Source of the DNA: the human T2T-CHM13v2.0 reference genome, Homo sapiens
Length of the DNA stretch: 64,000 nucleotides
NCBI RefSeq assembly: GCF_009914755.1
Contig: NC_060934.1
Reading direction: 5' to 3' (one strand)
Part shown: in pieces, positions 1 through 22,834 of the stretch
How positions within the stretch are numbered: position 1 is the stretch's first letter
Layout of the letters: each line of letters begins with the position of its first letter
Program-made: the position numbers and the translations under genes
The notes under the pieces: generated by a model
Seen by the model: the letters and a program-made list of their open reading frames with translations, nothing else
What the model was told of the DNA's origin: nothing
The model's database searches: none

Positions 1-19
1 TTAAGAAAATTACTTGTTG

Positions 20-320
20 AGGCGGGTGCAGTGGCTCACGCCTATAATCCTAGCACTTTGGGAGGCCAAGGCAGGTGGATTGCTTGAGCCCAGGAGTTTT
101 AAGACCAGTCTGGGCAACATAGCGAAGCCCTGTCTCTACAAAAAATATAAAAATTAGCCAGGACTGGTGGTGCACACCTGTGGTTCCAGCTACTCAGGAG
201 GCTGAGGTAGGAGGATTGCTTGAGGTGGGAGGATCGGGAGACGGAGGTTACAGTAAGCCGAGATTGTGCCACTCCACTCCAGCCTGGGTGACAGAGACCC
301 TGTCTCAATAAATAAATAAA
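20..320 (+). mobile_element. Alu (KIFBP intron 2)
   Basis: Dimeric Alu, A-rich tail, AGAAAATTACTT on both sides. Confidence 0.93.
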
Positions 321-484
321 AATTTAAAAAACAGAAAATTACTTCTTGAGTAACATAAAAATGAACTAGGAAAAAATGAAATGTATTTGGCTTGTAGAAG
401 TTGATTTCTCCAGGTCCTCCAGAAGAGGGCACTTGGTGTTTACAGTTTAAAACTTTAAAGAGCTTTTGTTTTTCTTAATTGTAG

Positions 485-564
485 GTTGGGAGTCCTCCTC
501 TTGATCCTACTGAGCGTTTTCTTCCTGAAGAAGAGAAACTTACTGAACAAGAGAGATCAAAAAG
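485..564 (+). CDS. KIFBP: KIFBP coding exon (exon 3 of standard model), 80 nt, phase 0 start
   Basis: ttgtag|GTTGGG acceptor and AAAG|gtgagt donor; translates VGSPPLDPTERFLPEEEKLTEQERSK(R), continuous with the next exon in the KBP protein. Confidence 0.96.
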
Positions 565-833
565 GTGAGTAGGTATAGAAATCAGCCCTTGCAAATATTT
601 CCACATATCATAGATTAGTGATTGTTCAAAAAGTCACTTATAAAGGTTATAGAATGTGGATTCTGACAGGAGTAAAACCTCCATTTACCACTTACTTGTT
701 ATTTGACCTTGTTCAAACCTGAGACTCAGTTTCCTTATCTGTCAAATAGATACAATAAACAAATCCAACTCAAATGGTTGGTGGGATAATCAAAATAAAT
801 ATATATGAAATTTACTTATAAAACGTAAACCAT

Positions 834-1153
<320 letters not shown>

Positions 1154-1170
1154 TTATTTTTTCTTTACAG

Positions 1171-1354
1171 ATTTGAAAAGGTTTATACTCATAACCTATA
1201 TTACCTAGCTCAAGTCTACCAGCATCTGGAAATGTTTGAGAAGGCTGCTCACTATTGCCATAGTACACTAAAACGCCAGCTTGAGCACAATGCCTACCAT
1301 CCTATAGAGTGGGCTATCAATGCTGCTACCTTGTCACAGTTTTACATCAATAAG
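1171..1354 (+). CDS. KIFBP: KIFBP coding exon 4, 184 nt
   Basis: ttctttacag|A acceptor, AAG|gtaagc donor; encodes (R)FEKVYTHNLYYLAQVYQHLEMFEKAAHYCHSTLKRQLEHNAYHPIEWAINAATLSQFYINK (inside ORF 1067..1372). Confidence 0.97.
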
Positions 1355-3579
1355 GTAAGCTTCTTGAAGTAGTTATCTAACAGAGTACCAATAGTGAGTA
1401 TAAAAATAGAACCAGTAGTACCTTGAAAATACTATCTTTTAAAAACAGGTAGCTTGTATTTTATGATGTACAACTGAAGCCGAAAATGCAGCCCAGTTTG
1501 CCCGTGTACTAAAATTTTGTAGCTTTTTGTTGTATGAATTATTTTGAGTTTTAAAATACCGAGTTTTATCATTGTTTTACATGTTACCTAAGACCAATTC
1601 TTTTTTTAACATAGGCACGCTATCTCAACTCATTTTAGTGAGATATTACCTTAAATTGCAGATTTTACCTTGTAGATATAGCTTTATCTTTACGTAATGG
1701 TAATCTCATAACTCTGAGAATTTGACTGAGGAAGTTGACTGTTAAATGTGGGCTTTGATAAAAGCATGTGATGCATTTCAGTTATTTTTCAGAATTAACT
1801 CTGTAATAATTTTTTAATGTTGGAAATATGTCTGCTGAGTTCCAAAGTTCTAGGTCTTTATACCATACTTCTTTTGGATTGTTACACAGGGACAATGTTT
1901 TTGAGCTTCTTAGTTGTTTATCAGAATTTCTCATAAAAATTTAAAAAAGCATTGCTCACATCATGTTGGTGTACTCTTAATTGACCCATTTATTCCTTTA
2001 ATCCTTGAGAGTTTTTAATGCTAAAATAATTTTACACCACCTTTTCTAACCAGATTTTCCTATTAATCCTTAATAAGACATCTCAGCAATATAAATTACT
2101 TTTATTTATATTTCGAATTCGCAAGCCTCTCTGAAATTTTGGTAGTTCTCTGCTTATCAGAGTTCCTTCTTTCATCTCTCTGGTAACCCGCTGCCTTATC
2201 CTTGGGCCTTTATCCTTTTTGAGCATTTCGTTAGCGTTGGTTCTGTAAATGCGCCCGATGATTAAAGTATTGTCCCACAGAATTTCATTCAGAAAAGCTA
2301 TTAGCAGGAGAGAAAGGGCTGTGGTGACTGCAGCATCGCTTCTAGGACTTTGGTCTAAGATCAAGTGTGTAAGTAACGCTACTGCATATATCAGAGCATT
2401 CAGTTAACTAATTCTCATGAATCCATTTCATTGTCCTCATCCAAAGTGTTATCCAGTGCCTCCGCTTGTGACATCTTTTTTACAGCTGTTGGAGGTCCCT
2501 TATTCATTCTGTTTAGCAACTTTAAAATTACATATTCACTGTGACTTTAATTTATACTTAAAACTCCATGGAAATTGGCAGTACTAAGATATCTAGATAT
2601 TAAAGTGTGATTAAAATTTAAAGTTGTTAAGCATTACTTATGTGGAGCATGCAGTAATTTTCATGAGACCTCCCACACCCTGCACTTTTATTTTTTTACC
2701 AAAATCTTTTTTAAGTTTTTGTTAAAACCAACTAAGTCGTATTGCAAAAAGAGGGATTTGAACCATGTTTTTAAAAATGCAATTGTCATTTATATCATTG
2801 TCATCTTCATCTGATTCCAGTGATGAGGTTTTGCTACTTGGTGAATCCCTACCTGGCAGCTGCTAAAGTCCCACATTTACCAGCCACCTAGAGGGCATAA
2901 GACACTCACTGTTCTAGCAGTGGTTGCTCACAGGGAGCCAATCTGGACAAAGCTGAAATGACGATAAATGTTAAGGGATTGGATTATAGAGAGATAATTA
3001 AAGTTTCATTATATAAACTCTAACTTTCTTTTGGCTTTTAAGATTTAACACATTTTTATCTATAGATGTTGCTGGGCTAATACTGCACGTGTCCAGCTAT
3101 TCTCAAGATGGCTTCTGAATTTGCCATAATGGAAAGATACATTTAATGCTGCAATTTTAAAGTTATAGCCAACCATTTAAAGCCTTTCAGGTATTACTAA
3201 TATTAAGTAGACATTCTATTTAATGAGGGTGGCTTCCAACTAAAAGTTGGACTTTAACTTTGAACTTCTGCTGGGTGGTCCTTTGACTTACATGACAAAT
3301 ACAAAATGTTTCTATTAACAAGGAGATCTTCTCTAATTGTTTGAGAAGTTTGCCATGCCCGGAATTGAATTATGAAGTCTTCAAGAGTGTTGGTAAAGCA
3401 GTTCCATAAGGTTCATCTGTAGAAGTCTGTTGACTTTAAAACTTGGTGGGAAGCCTTATTGTATGTAAAGTTTAAAGATTTTAGAACACAGGAATATCTT
3501 CTTACCTGAGTTTATCCTATTTGCCTTTGTATAGTAGGATGTAAAGGGGCTCTCTAAACCTAATAAAAATTAAATCCTC

Positions 3580-3820
3580 AGGCTGGGCAAGGTGGCTTAC
3601 ATCTATAACCCCAGCACCCTGGGAGGCCAAGGTGGGAGCATTGCTTCAGGCCAGGAGTTGGAGACCTGTTTAGGCAACATAGAGAAACCCCAGAATTAGT
3701 CAGGCTTGGAGGCTAAAGGTGGGAGGATCCCTTAAGACCAGGAGGTTGAGGCTGCAGTGAACTATGATTGTGCCACTGCACTCCAGCCTTGGGCCAGAGT
3801 GAGACCCCTGTCTCGTAAAA

Positions 3821-3862
<42 letters not shown>
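3580..3862 (+). mobile_element. Old Alu (AluJ-like, internally deleted) with (AT)n microsatellite at its tail (3829-3862)
   Basis: Alu similarity with missing middle segment; poly(A) grading into (AT)n. Confidence 0.85.
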
Positions 3863-3865
<3 letters not shown>

Positions 3866-4283
3866 GTCTTCTGACACAATGTAAATAGTCTAAGAATTTA
3901 TTGTGCATGGGATTTTGGCTACTTAGACTGAACCTAAAGGAGTTTTTGAGACAGTTTAAGTCTAGGATGACAGCCATTCCTGTATATCTATTGATTGTAT
4001 AAGGAGAGCTAACTTTCAGTTGGCAGTTGTCTTTCAATCCGAGTGGATTATTATTAAGAGTTTGGGGGCATTAATATTTTAACCTTTGAGGTTACATTTT
4101 AACCAGATAATATGATAATATATCTTTTGTACCTTCTGAATGATCTGCAACTCTACAGGGCCTCCTTTGTAGTATTTTTATCTGATTTTATACCTTTTCC
4201 CATATTAAAAGAAATTATGCAAGTATCAGTTGCAAATAAAGCTGTGTGATAGTTGCATTCACTGTTGTTTATTTCCCCAATAG

Positions 4284-4368
4284 CTATGCTTTATGGAGGC
4301 CAGGCACTGTTTATCAGCTGCTAATGTCATTTTTGGTCAAACTGGAAAGATCTCAGCCACAGAAGACA
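4284..4368 (+). CDS. KIFBP: KIFBP coding exon 5, 85 nt
   Basis: ccccaatag|CTA acceptor, GACA|gtaagt donor; encodes LCFMEARHCLSAANVIFGQTGKISATED(T); phases match flanking exons. Confidence 0.95.
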
Positions 4369-6342
4369 GTAAGTTTACCTTTGCATGTTTTACATAGCTT
4401 TTAAAAAAAGTTTTATTTTGAAATTATTTTAAACTTTTGAAAAGTTGCAAGAACAGAAGAGCTATCATATGCCCTTCTAAATGCACCAATTTTTAGTATT
4501 TTCCTCGCTTGGAATCAAATTTTATTTTTCTCTCTGAACCATTGGAGAGAAGGTTACATACATTAGGCTCTTTTACCCTTTCATACTTTAGTATATATTT
4601 CCTAAGAAGAATATTTTCTTACATAATCATAGATCATTTATCAAATTCAAGAAATGTAACATTGGCCAGGCATGGTGGCCCACGCCTGTAATGCTAGATT
4701 TTGGGAGGCCAAGATGGGAGGGGCCAGGAGTTCAAGACAAGCCTGATCAACATAGTGAGACCCCATCTCTATGTTTTTAAAGAAATTAAAAAAAAAAAAG
4801 TAACATTGATACAATTCTTTTATCTACACTGCATATTTCTATTTCATCAGTTGTTGCCATAATATTCCTTCTAGCATTTGTTTGCCAGTACTGGATTATA
4901 CAGTTCAAGATTGCATAATGCATTCAGTTGTCACATCTCTTCAGGCATTTTTCGTCTGGAATTGTTCCTCAGCCTTTCTTTCCCTTTCATCACTTAATAT
5001 TAAGAATATAGGCCAGTTATTTCATAGAATTACTGCCAGCTGGGGTTTGTGTGATGTTTCCTTATGCCATGATTCAGATGATATATTTTTGGTTGGAATA
5101 CTACATGCATAAGCGATGTTGCCAAATACCCATCTTTTTAAGTATAGTGTTTCCTTTAGTCTTAGAAAATCACAGTTAACATGTGTCTTTGAGTCATTTA
5201 ACAGGTTTTTTAATAAGTTCATCATTTTCTTTAAAAATAGTTTATTTTTAAAAATAGTTTGATTCTATTACTCACTGTTGAACAGTTTCCAACCTTCTTA
5301 CGATGTTTTAGATTTTGAAACATCATGTCTTCCTTACAAATGGACATTCTAATTGTGGATCTGAAAAATGCAGAGACTCTTAAGAGCTAAAGGAATGTAC
5401 ATTATCAAAGTAAATAGTTGCTTTCTCCCCTAATATATTAACTACATTAATTATAGATTAGTTGAAGTCTAAGAGGCACTTGTCTCAAAAAATGAATAAA
5501 AACTAAATTGCTGAGATATTATTTAATAATTCACTTTATTTAAAGTAATATCGTGAGATATTATTTTGTTTTTACTCTTCATAATAGCTGAAAAAATGAC
5601 AGTGACCAGTGTTTTCAAAATGTTCTTATTGAGCATTCTCATATATTGTTGGTTGGCATATTTGTTGAAAATAATTTGGCTGTATGTTGTGAATTATTTA
5701 AAATTGTGTAAACTCTTTTACTCAGTAAATTCCACTTCTAGGAATCTGCCCTAAGGAAGAAATCCAAAATCCAGACAGATTTTTGCACAATTATACTCAT
5801 GTTTCAAGTTTAAAAAAAATGTGTGTATGTGTATAAACTTTACAAAGCTTTGTGTTGACAGCTGACTTTGTAGATTACAGCAAGAAAGCTGCTCTGCTAT
5901 GTATGACACTCTGACCCAGAAGCAGGTCATCTGAATAGTTTAGCACCAGGTTCTCCACAACCATCTGTTGTGTGACATAGACGTTTTTGTGATAGTAAAG
6001 AATTGGAAACAACAAATTCCAGGTTAGAATTAGAAGAATGGTTAAATAATAGAATATCTATTTAATTGTATATAATGGTGTACTTAAAAATGAAGCTAAG
6101 AGTTGATAATGATATGAGTAAAGTGTTTGTGGTGCGAGAAAGAAATATGCAAAAATAATAGTGAGTGCTTCTGGGTAGTAGGATTTGGGGGGGGATCTTT
6201 CTTCCCTTTTCCCCAAGCCCCCTGCTTCAGTAAAGATCTGTTACTTTTATAGTCAGGAAAAAGTGATATTAAAAAAATTACAGTACCCAATGAAAATTAC
6301 AGTTGTGACCATTAACTTAAACAAATCACATGTATATTTTAG

Positions 6343-6458
6343 CTCCTGAAGCTGAAGGAGAAGTGCCAGAGCTTTATCATCAAAGAAAGGGGGAAATAGC
6401 AAGGTGCTGGATCAAATACTGTTTGACTCTCATGCAGAATGCCCAACTCTCCATGCAG
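6343..6458 (+). CDS. KIFBP: KIFBP coding exon 6, 116 nt
   Basis: tattttag|CT acceptor, ATGCAG|gtaatg donor; encodes (T)PEAEGEVPELYHQRKGEIARCWIKYCLTLMQNAQLSMQ. Confidence 0.95.
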
Positions 6459-6620
6459 GTAATGCAGTCAGAAGCTGCCTTTTTCTTTCTTAAATGAGGA
6501 AATTGTAAGTAAAAACTCATAGTGGGGATTGTGCTCATTGGGGTCACATTGTGTTTAATATGAAAGGTGTGTAGAATGTTTTCGTAAATATTTCTTTCTT
6601 GGTTTTAAATCGTATTCTTC

Positions 6621-7430
6621 GAATTGCTTGAATCCGGGAGGCAGAGGCTGCGTGAGCCGAGATTGGACCACTGCACTCCAGCCTGGGCAACAGAGCGAGA
6701 CTCCATCTCTAAATAAATAAATAAATAAAATAAATCTTACTCATCATTCAAGGCCTATCTTAAATACTACCTCTTCCTTGAAGACTTTTCTTTGGTTAGA
6801 ATATAAGCTTCTTGAGAGCTGGGAACGATATCATCTTTTTTTTTTTTTTTTTAGACAGGCTCTCGCTCTGTTTCCCAGGCTGGAGTGTGGTGGCATGATC
6901 ATGGGTCACTGCAACCTTGGTCTCCCCGGCTCATGCAGTCCTCCCACCTCATCCTTGGAGTACAGGCGTGTGCCACCATATCCAGTTAATTTTTAAATTA
7001 TTTTGTAGAGACTGGCTCTCACTGTGTTGCCAAGGCTGGTCTTGAACTCCTGGGCTCAAGTGATCTTCCTGCCTTGGCCTCCCAAAGTGCTGGGATTACA
7101 GGTGTGAGCCACTGTGCCTAATCTTTTTTTTTTTTTTTTTTTTTTTTTTTTGAGACGGAGTTTTGCTCTGTCGCCCGTGCTGGAGTGCAGTGGTGTGATC
7201 GCAGCTGCAACCTCTGCTTCCTGGGTTCAAAGGATTCTCCTGCCTCAGCCTCCTGAGTAGCTGGGATTACAGGTGCCTGCCACCATGCCTGGCTAATTTT
7301 TGTCTTTTTAGTGTAGATGGGGTTTCACCATTTTGGCCAAGCTGGTCTCGAACTCCTGACCTCAAGTGATCCATCCATCTCGGCCTCCCAAAGTGCTGGG
7401 ATTACAGGTGTGAGCAACCACACCTGGCCA
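6621..7430. mobile_element. Alu cluster in intron 6: sense right-arm fragment (6621-6730), antisense Alus (~6834-7120 and ~7123-7430)
   Basis: Alu consensus similarity, poly(T) heads on antisense copies. Confidence 0.9.
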
Positions 7431-8007
7431 AGCCCTTACTAATCTTTATATACTTCCCAGTGTTATCTTACACACAGCATGGACTTGATAAAATCTAAAA
7501 GGGTAGACTTTTAAGAAATAGCTCATGTAATAGTTCAAAAATAGAAGCAGAACTGATGGCAGTGAAGAGCATGGACTCGAAATACACTAGGTAGGTATGA
7601 ACTCCAGCTCTGCCGCTTCGTAGCTATGTCTTTGTGGCAATTTACTTAATATATTTTTGCCTCTATTTCCTCACAAGTAAGTTGGAGATAATAGTACTTA
7701 ATACTGTTGTTATGGGAGTTAAGTCAGTATATATTAAGGCCTCGGAAAAGTGCCTGAGACATACTAAGTCCTTAATAAATGTTAACTACCATCATCATTA
7801 TTAATTTATGCCCAATCCTAGTTTCTAAGCACTAGGGAGGATAATAAAATTAATCATTTAGATGCAATATACTAAGTGTAGATACATAGGAAGCTTTCCT
7901 GGGGGATTCATTGTGCTTTTATTTTTTTATATTGTGTATTAAAGTATGATAATTTTTTTTTTTTACATGGGACTCTGCTTGATAAAAGTATAATAATCTT
8001 TAGTGGT

Positions 8008-8665
<658 letters not shown>

Positions 8666-9111
8666 GTGGTAAATAATATAGAACCTTGTGAAACTACTAA
8701 ACGAAAGAAAACCAAACAAACAAACCTCAACACATCAGAAGCATAGGTCTTGAAAAGATGAAGATAATTTTAGAGGTCAGAGGGTAAAGAGGAGGCATAT
8801 TAAGGAAAGACAGGAAGTAGGGAGAATAACTGTGGGGCTTTATGTGTAGAGAATTTGGAGCCAGGAAGAGCTGTCAAGTTTATTCTGGTCAGGTAAAGAA
8901 AGCTGGAAAAGGAGGGTTGCAGGGACTATTGGAGCAAAACAGTAGGCTAATTTAAATAAGCATCCTAGAGAGAACATGTAAGTAAACAAGCAGCCCAAGA
9001 AGGAAGGAAGTATACAAGATTTAGAGACTTATGATCTACATTTGAAGTAATTGTGTCAAGCAAATCGCACTATGATTTGACCCTTACCTTTCATTTAGTT
9101 GATGTTTCTAG

Positions 9112-10719
<1,608 letters not shown>

Positions 10720-10979
10720 TAAATTTCAGTTCCTCAGAATAAATGATATGTAAGCAGCTTGTCTATTTAAATACTTTTTTTTCCACATTTCTTGAGTTTT
10801 TAATATAATCGGAAGAAACAAAGAAGTTTTCAAAGGTGTTTAAGATTATGATACCCTTCTAAACCAGGCTGGAAAGTAAGAGACTTCTCTTCTAAAAAAC
10901 TCTGAAGTTTGCTTTAATATTATTTAACAGCAGGAGGTGAGTGTCCTACTTAACCATAATTTATTTTTTTTTCCTTCAG

Positions 10980-11855
10980 GACAACATAGGAGAGCTTGAT
11001 CTTGATAAACAGTCTGAACTTAGAGCTTTAAGGAAAAAAGAACTAGATGAGGAGGAAAGCATTCGGAAAAAAGCTGTGCAGTTTGGAACCGGTGAACTGT
11101 GTGATGCCATCTCTGCAGTAGAAGAGAAAGTGAGCTACTTGAGACCTTTAGATTTTGAAGAAGCCAGAGAACTTTTCTTATTGGGTCAGCACTATGTCTT
11201 TGAGGCAAAAGAGTTCTTTCAGATTGATGGTTATGTCACTGACCATATTGAAGTTGTCCAAGACCACAGTGCTCTGTTTAAGGTGCTTGCATTCTTTGAA
11301 ACTGACATGGAGAGACGGTGCAAGATGCATAAACGCAGAATAGCCATGCTAGAGCCCCTAACTGTAGACCTGAATCCACAGTATTATCTGTTGGTCAACA
11401 GACAGATCCAGTTTGAAATTGCACATGCTTACTATGATATGATGGATTTGAAGGTTGCCATTGCTGACAGGCTAAGGGATCCTGATTCACACATTGTAAA
11501 AAAAATAAATAATCTTAATAAGTCAGCACTGAAGTACTACCAGCTCTTCTTAGACTCCCTGAGAGACCCAAATAAAGTATTCCCTGAGCATATAGGGGAA
11601 GATGTTCTTCGCCCTGCCATGTTAGCTAAGTTTCGAGTTGCCCGTCTCTATGGCAAAATCATTACTGCAGATCCCAAGAAAGAGCTGGAAAATTTGGCAA
11701 CATCATTGGAACATTACAAATTTATTGTTGATTACTGTGAAAAGCATCCTGAGGCCGCCCAGGAAATAGAAGTTGAGCTAGAACTTAGTAAAGAGATGGT
11801 TAGTCTTCTCCCAACAAAAATGGAGAGATTCAGAACCAAGATGGCCCTGACTTAA
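10980..11855 (+). CDS. KIFBP: KIFBP last coding exon (exon 7), C-terminal 291 aa of the helical-repeat kinesin-binding protein
   Basis: ttttttccttcag|GAC acceptor; open frame DNIGELDLDKQ...MERFRTKMALT* ending TAA 11853-11855; matches the KBP C-terminus. The first 13 aa of ORF 10941..11855 are intronic. Confidence 0.98.
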   Translation, partial: DNIGELDLDKQSELRALRKKELDEEESIRKKAVQFGTGELCDAISAVEEKVSYLRPLDFEEARELFLLGQHYVFEAKEFFQIDGYVTDHIEVVQDHSALFKVLAFFETDMERRCKMHKRRIAMLEPLTVDLNPQYYLLVNRQIQFEIAHAYYDMMDLKVAIADRLRDPDSHIVKKINNLNKSALKYYQLFLDSLRDPNKVFPEHIGEDVLRPAMLAKFRVARLYGKIITADPKKELENLATSLEHYKFIVDYCEKHPEAAQEIEVELELSKEMVSLLPTKMERFRTKMALT

Positions 11856-12420
11856 TCCTTGTTTTTAAAGAAAGGAAATGTGCAATATTGAAGTGATCTT
11901 TTTCCCTAGTCAGACAGGCCCAATTCCATTGTGATGTTTACCTTTATAGCCAGGTGAGTGCAGTTTGAACTTGAGATACAGTCAACTGAGTGTTTGCTAG
12001 GATCCTAAGGAACATAAAGTTAATTAAAAACTTACACCTAATTATGTAAATTGCCTTGTTAAAGACATGTGATTTGTATTTTAGATGCTTGTTTCCTATT
12101 AAAATACAGACATTTCTACCCTCAGTTTCTAAATGTAGACTATTTGTTGGCTAGTACTTGATAGATTCCTTGTAAGAAAAAATGCTGGGTAATGTACCTG
12201 GTAACAAGCCTGTTAATATATTAAGATTGAAAAAGTAACTTCTATAGTTACTCCTTCTAAAATATTTGACTTCCTACATTCCCCCCACCCAAAATCTTTC
12301 CCTTTTGAAAATACTAAAAACTAAGTTATGTTATTATAAAGTGTAAAATGGTTTGTCTTAATTATAGGAGAAAAAGGCCTTGTTAGAAATAAAATAAACT
12401 GACTTATTTCACTAATGAAA
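11856..12420 (+). other. KIFBP: KIFBP 3'UTR
   Basis: AT-rich, repeat-free sequence between the stop codon and the poly(A) signal; 3' end approximate. Confidence 0.85.
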
Positions 12421-12450
12421 ACTTCTGTTTCCTTTTTGTTTTCTTGTGAG
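12388..12450 (+). terminator. KIFBP polyadenylation signal (overlapping AATAAAATAAA) with downstream U/GU-rich element
   Basis: AATAAA at 12388-12393 and 12393-12398, followed by ttctgtttcctttttgttttcttgtg at about 12423-12448. Confidence 0.85.
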
Positions 12451-12590
12451 CACTGATACCTCAATACATTGATACCTCAATACCTTTGAGGTATTTTTTG
12501 ATACCTCAAAGATACTAGCTTATTTGAAGCTAGAGAAGAATATTTCTTCAATAACATTGCACAGTTAGAAAACATTAAAATATCATTCAT

Positions 12591-13188
<598 letters not shown>

Positions 13189-13589
13189 TTAGTGAATATT
13201 TATTGAGCTACTACTGTGTCCCAGGAAACCTCACTGACTGATTTCTCATCAGAGGATCCTGGCATGTTTATAAACTTTTAAGCACTGTTGAGAAAGGATA
13301 TATACGTCATAATTAAACCTCGTTAATATGTGTTAGTCATGTTAAGAAATGCAGGAATGGAGTTCCTATCCGGTGTATTGTCAAGATCAGTCGTAACATT
13401 TAATATAGAGAATAGCTCTGTGCTTTAGCCTGCCTGTTACTTTGCTTCTCAAAGCCTAGGTCTGGTCAACACTAAGATCCTGTAACATTTATGTAAAAAC
13501 ACACACACACACATGTGAAAATCACCTTGCTTTCCCTTTGAGATCAATTTTCCAGGAAGAAAAATCTTTGAGTATAACAGTCAGAAATG

Positions 13590-15100
<1,511 letters not shown>

Positions 15101-15375
15101 AATAATATCTGCCCATCAGACTTTAAAAGGAAAGCGAGGAGGATCAAGAGGAGGCAAAGAAGGGAGGGAAGTTTCTTGAGGATAGTGATATATGGCACTT
15201 CAGCTCTCTTGAGAACTGATTCTAAGACAAATCCCCCTGTTAAAAGCCTTCCTTCATGTAGCCATTTTCCTCTCAACCTTAATCAACTTCATAACTTCAT
15301 TTATATATCCATTCATTTATTTAAGAAGTACTTAGCTCTTTTTTTCCCCACAAGTATATCCAATGTGTATCTTTA

Positions 15376-20341
<4,966 letters not shown>

Positions 20342-20674
20342 GATAAAATTCAAGTATAACAGACAGTGGTCTTAAAACCAGTCTTTATCCCAATAGCCAT
20401 CAACATACTCTGTTGTTTGTCATTTGTTCTCTGTAGTGACTTGTTACATTTTAAGACTGTATTTTTAGTTATCAGAAGAAAATCTCATTGGCTGCTTTGC
20501 AGTCCTGCCCTCTGTTCACATAGCCTATGCCACAAACACTGCTTTCCCTGAGCCTGGCTTCCCAGAGACAGCTGTCTTCCAAGACCTCAAGGCCCCTTTG
20601 CACTTAAAATTATTGAGGACACCAAAGATCTTTTGTTTATGTACATTATATATTTCTATATTTACCCCATTTGA

Positions 20675-20917
<243 letters not shown>

Positions 20918-21620
20918 TGACTAGAGATGGTGGTTTCACTGTGTTGGCCAGGCTAGTCTTGAACCGCTGACCTCAGGTGATCTGCCTGCCTGGGCCTCCC
21001 AAAGTGCTGGGGTTACAGGCGTGAACCTGTAATCACCTTACAATGTGTTTATACAGGCTGACATTATTGAGTGCTAACTAATCTATTCCAGGCACTCTGC
21101 TAAGCAGTTTATATACATTATCTCAAGTAATTGTCTCAAAACTCCATGACACTGATACTATTACCCTCCCACAGAATGTGTAACTTTGGCTTAGGGAGAG
21201 CTTCAATGACTTGCCCAAGGTCAGATAGCTAGTAAATGGCAGAGCTGTTTGAACCAATGTCAACATGAATATCTTTTATAAAGTTAACAAGAAGTTAGTT
21301 CTATCAATTTTAGTTTGAATGGACTGTAAGAAGGGACAACTACACCTCACGTAAAATTGCTGATAAGCCAGACAGAAGCGACAAAAGAAATCAACCTCAA
21401 ATCACACAATGTCCAAATCAGAATTATAGCTGTATCTATACAGATAGAGAGTTTTAAAAATTATCCATTTTGTTTCTAAGTAGTTGTAGCAATGTTTCTT
21501 CTTTTTAATTTAAAAAAAAAATACTGGCTGGGTGCAGTGGCTCGCGCCTATAATCCGAGCACTTTGGGGGGTCAAGGTGGGTGGATCACTGAGGCCAGGA
21601 GTTTGAGACCAGCCTGACTA

Positions 21621-21803
<183 letters not shown>

Positions 21804-21928
21804 TCAAAAAATAAATAAATAAATATATTTATTTATATAAAAAAGAAAGGGAAAAATATATATTTATATAAAAATATATTTATATAATATATTATATGTG
21901 TATGTATTTTTCCTCTTCTTTTTTATAG

Positions 21929-22066
<138 letters not shown>

Positions 22067-22681
22067 TAACCTCTTTCTCAGGAAGGTCATGACCCAATAT
22101 TAATTTTTCATCTACAGGAAGTGACAAGAAGGCTTTATACATGTGCTGTGTAAAAATGGAGTTCAAAATGTAGTTAATAGAAACAGACCTGAGAATGTGC
22201 TAGATGATTATGAATTGCTGAATCTGACATGACCTACAGCAGCCACACACCAACTCTACCAGTACACAGCTCTTTCTCCCCACTTCCTTCTGAATTATCT
22301 CACCCACTTTTTCTCCACTGGTTATCTTAATCATTTTGCCTTTCCTGTTACCACTCTAAGTCAGGTTTTGTTATAAGAACTCATCACCCTTTAGTTATCT
22401 ATACTTTTGTGTGGATGATTTTTATGCTTTAAATTTACCCAAAACCTATTGCTTAGACACTAAGAAAATGGAACAAACATGCAAGAAATGTTAACAATGA
22501 AAACAGAATAATTTCCAATCTGCTCCACTGATTGTGCAAAACTGTAGGATGGCTTTATGTTCAGAATCATTGCCCTTTTAGACTCAAGAGTTTTGAACTC
22601 TGCTTCCAAAGAGTTAATCCTTCATCCGTGTTTTCTGTGCATGGAGCCCATAAAATCTAATTACATTCCGCTTCTAAATAA

Positions 22682-22834
<153 letters not shown>

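Noticed and set aside
2820-2956. C/D box snoRNA candidate (GTGATGA ... CTGA) in intron 4
   Set aside because: No terminal stem, no recognisable guide and atypical position; compatible with chance
6305-6342. U12-type intron suggested by CCATTAAC branch-like motif and short pyrimidine tract
   Set aside because: The 5' splice site is GTAAGT (U2 type), not GTATCCTT
10924-10942. Possible 6-nt microexon ttaacag|CAGGAG|gtgagt just upstream of exon 7
   Set aside because: The following intron would be only 43 nt (10937-10979), too short for normal spliceosomal removal
10941-10979. N-terminal MSYLTIIYFFFLQ of ORF 10941..11855 as an independent single-exon gene
   Set aside because: It starts at GTG in the intron's branch/polypyrimidine region; the true exon begins at 10980
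12484-12511. let-7-like pre-miRNA (TGAGGTA at a hairpin 5' arm)
   Set aside because: The stem is only 11 bp and similarity to let-7 stops after 7 nt; too short for Drosha/Dicer processing
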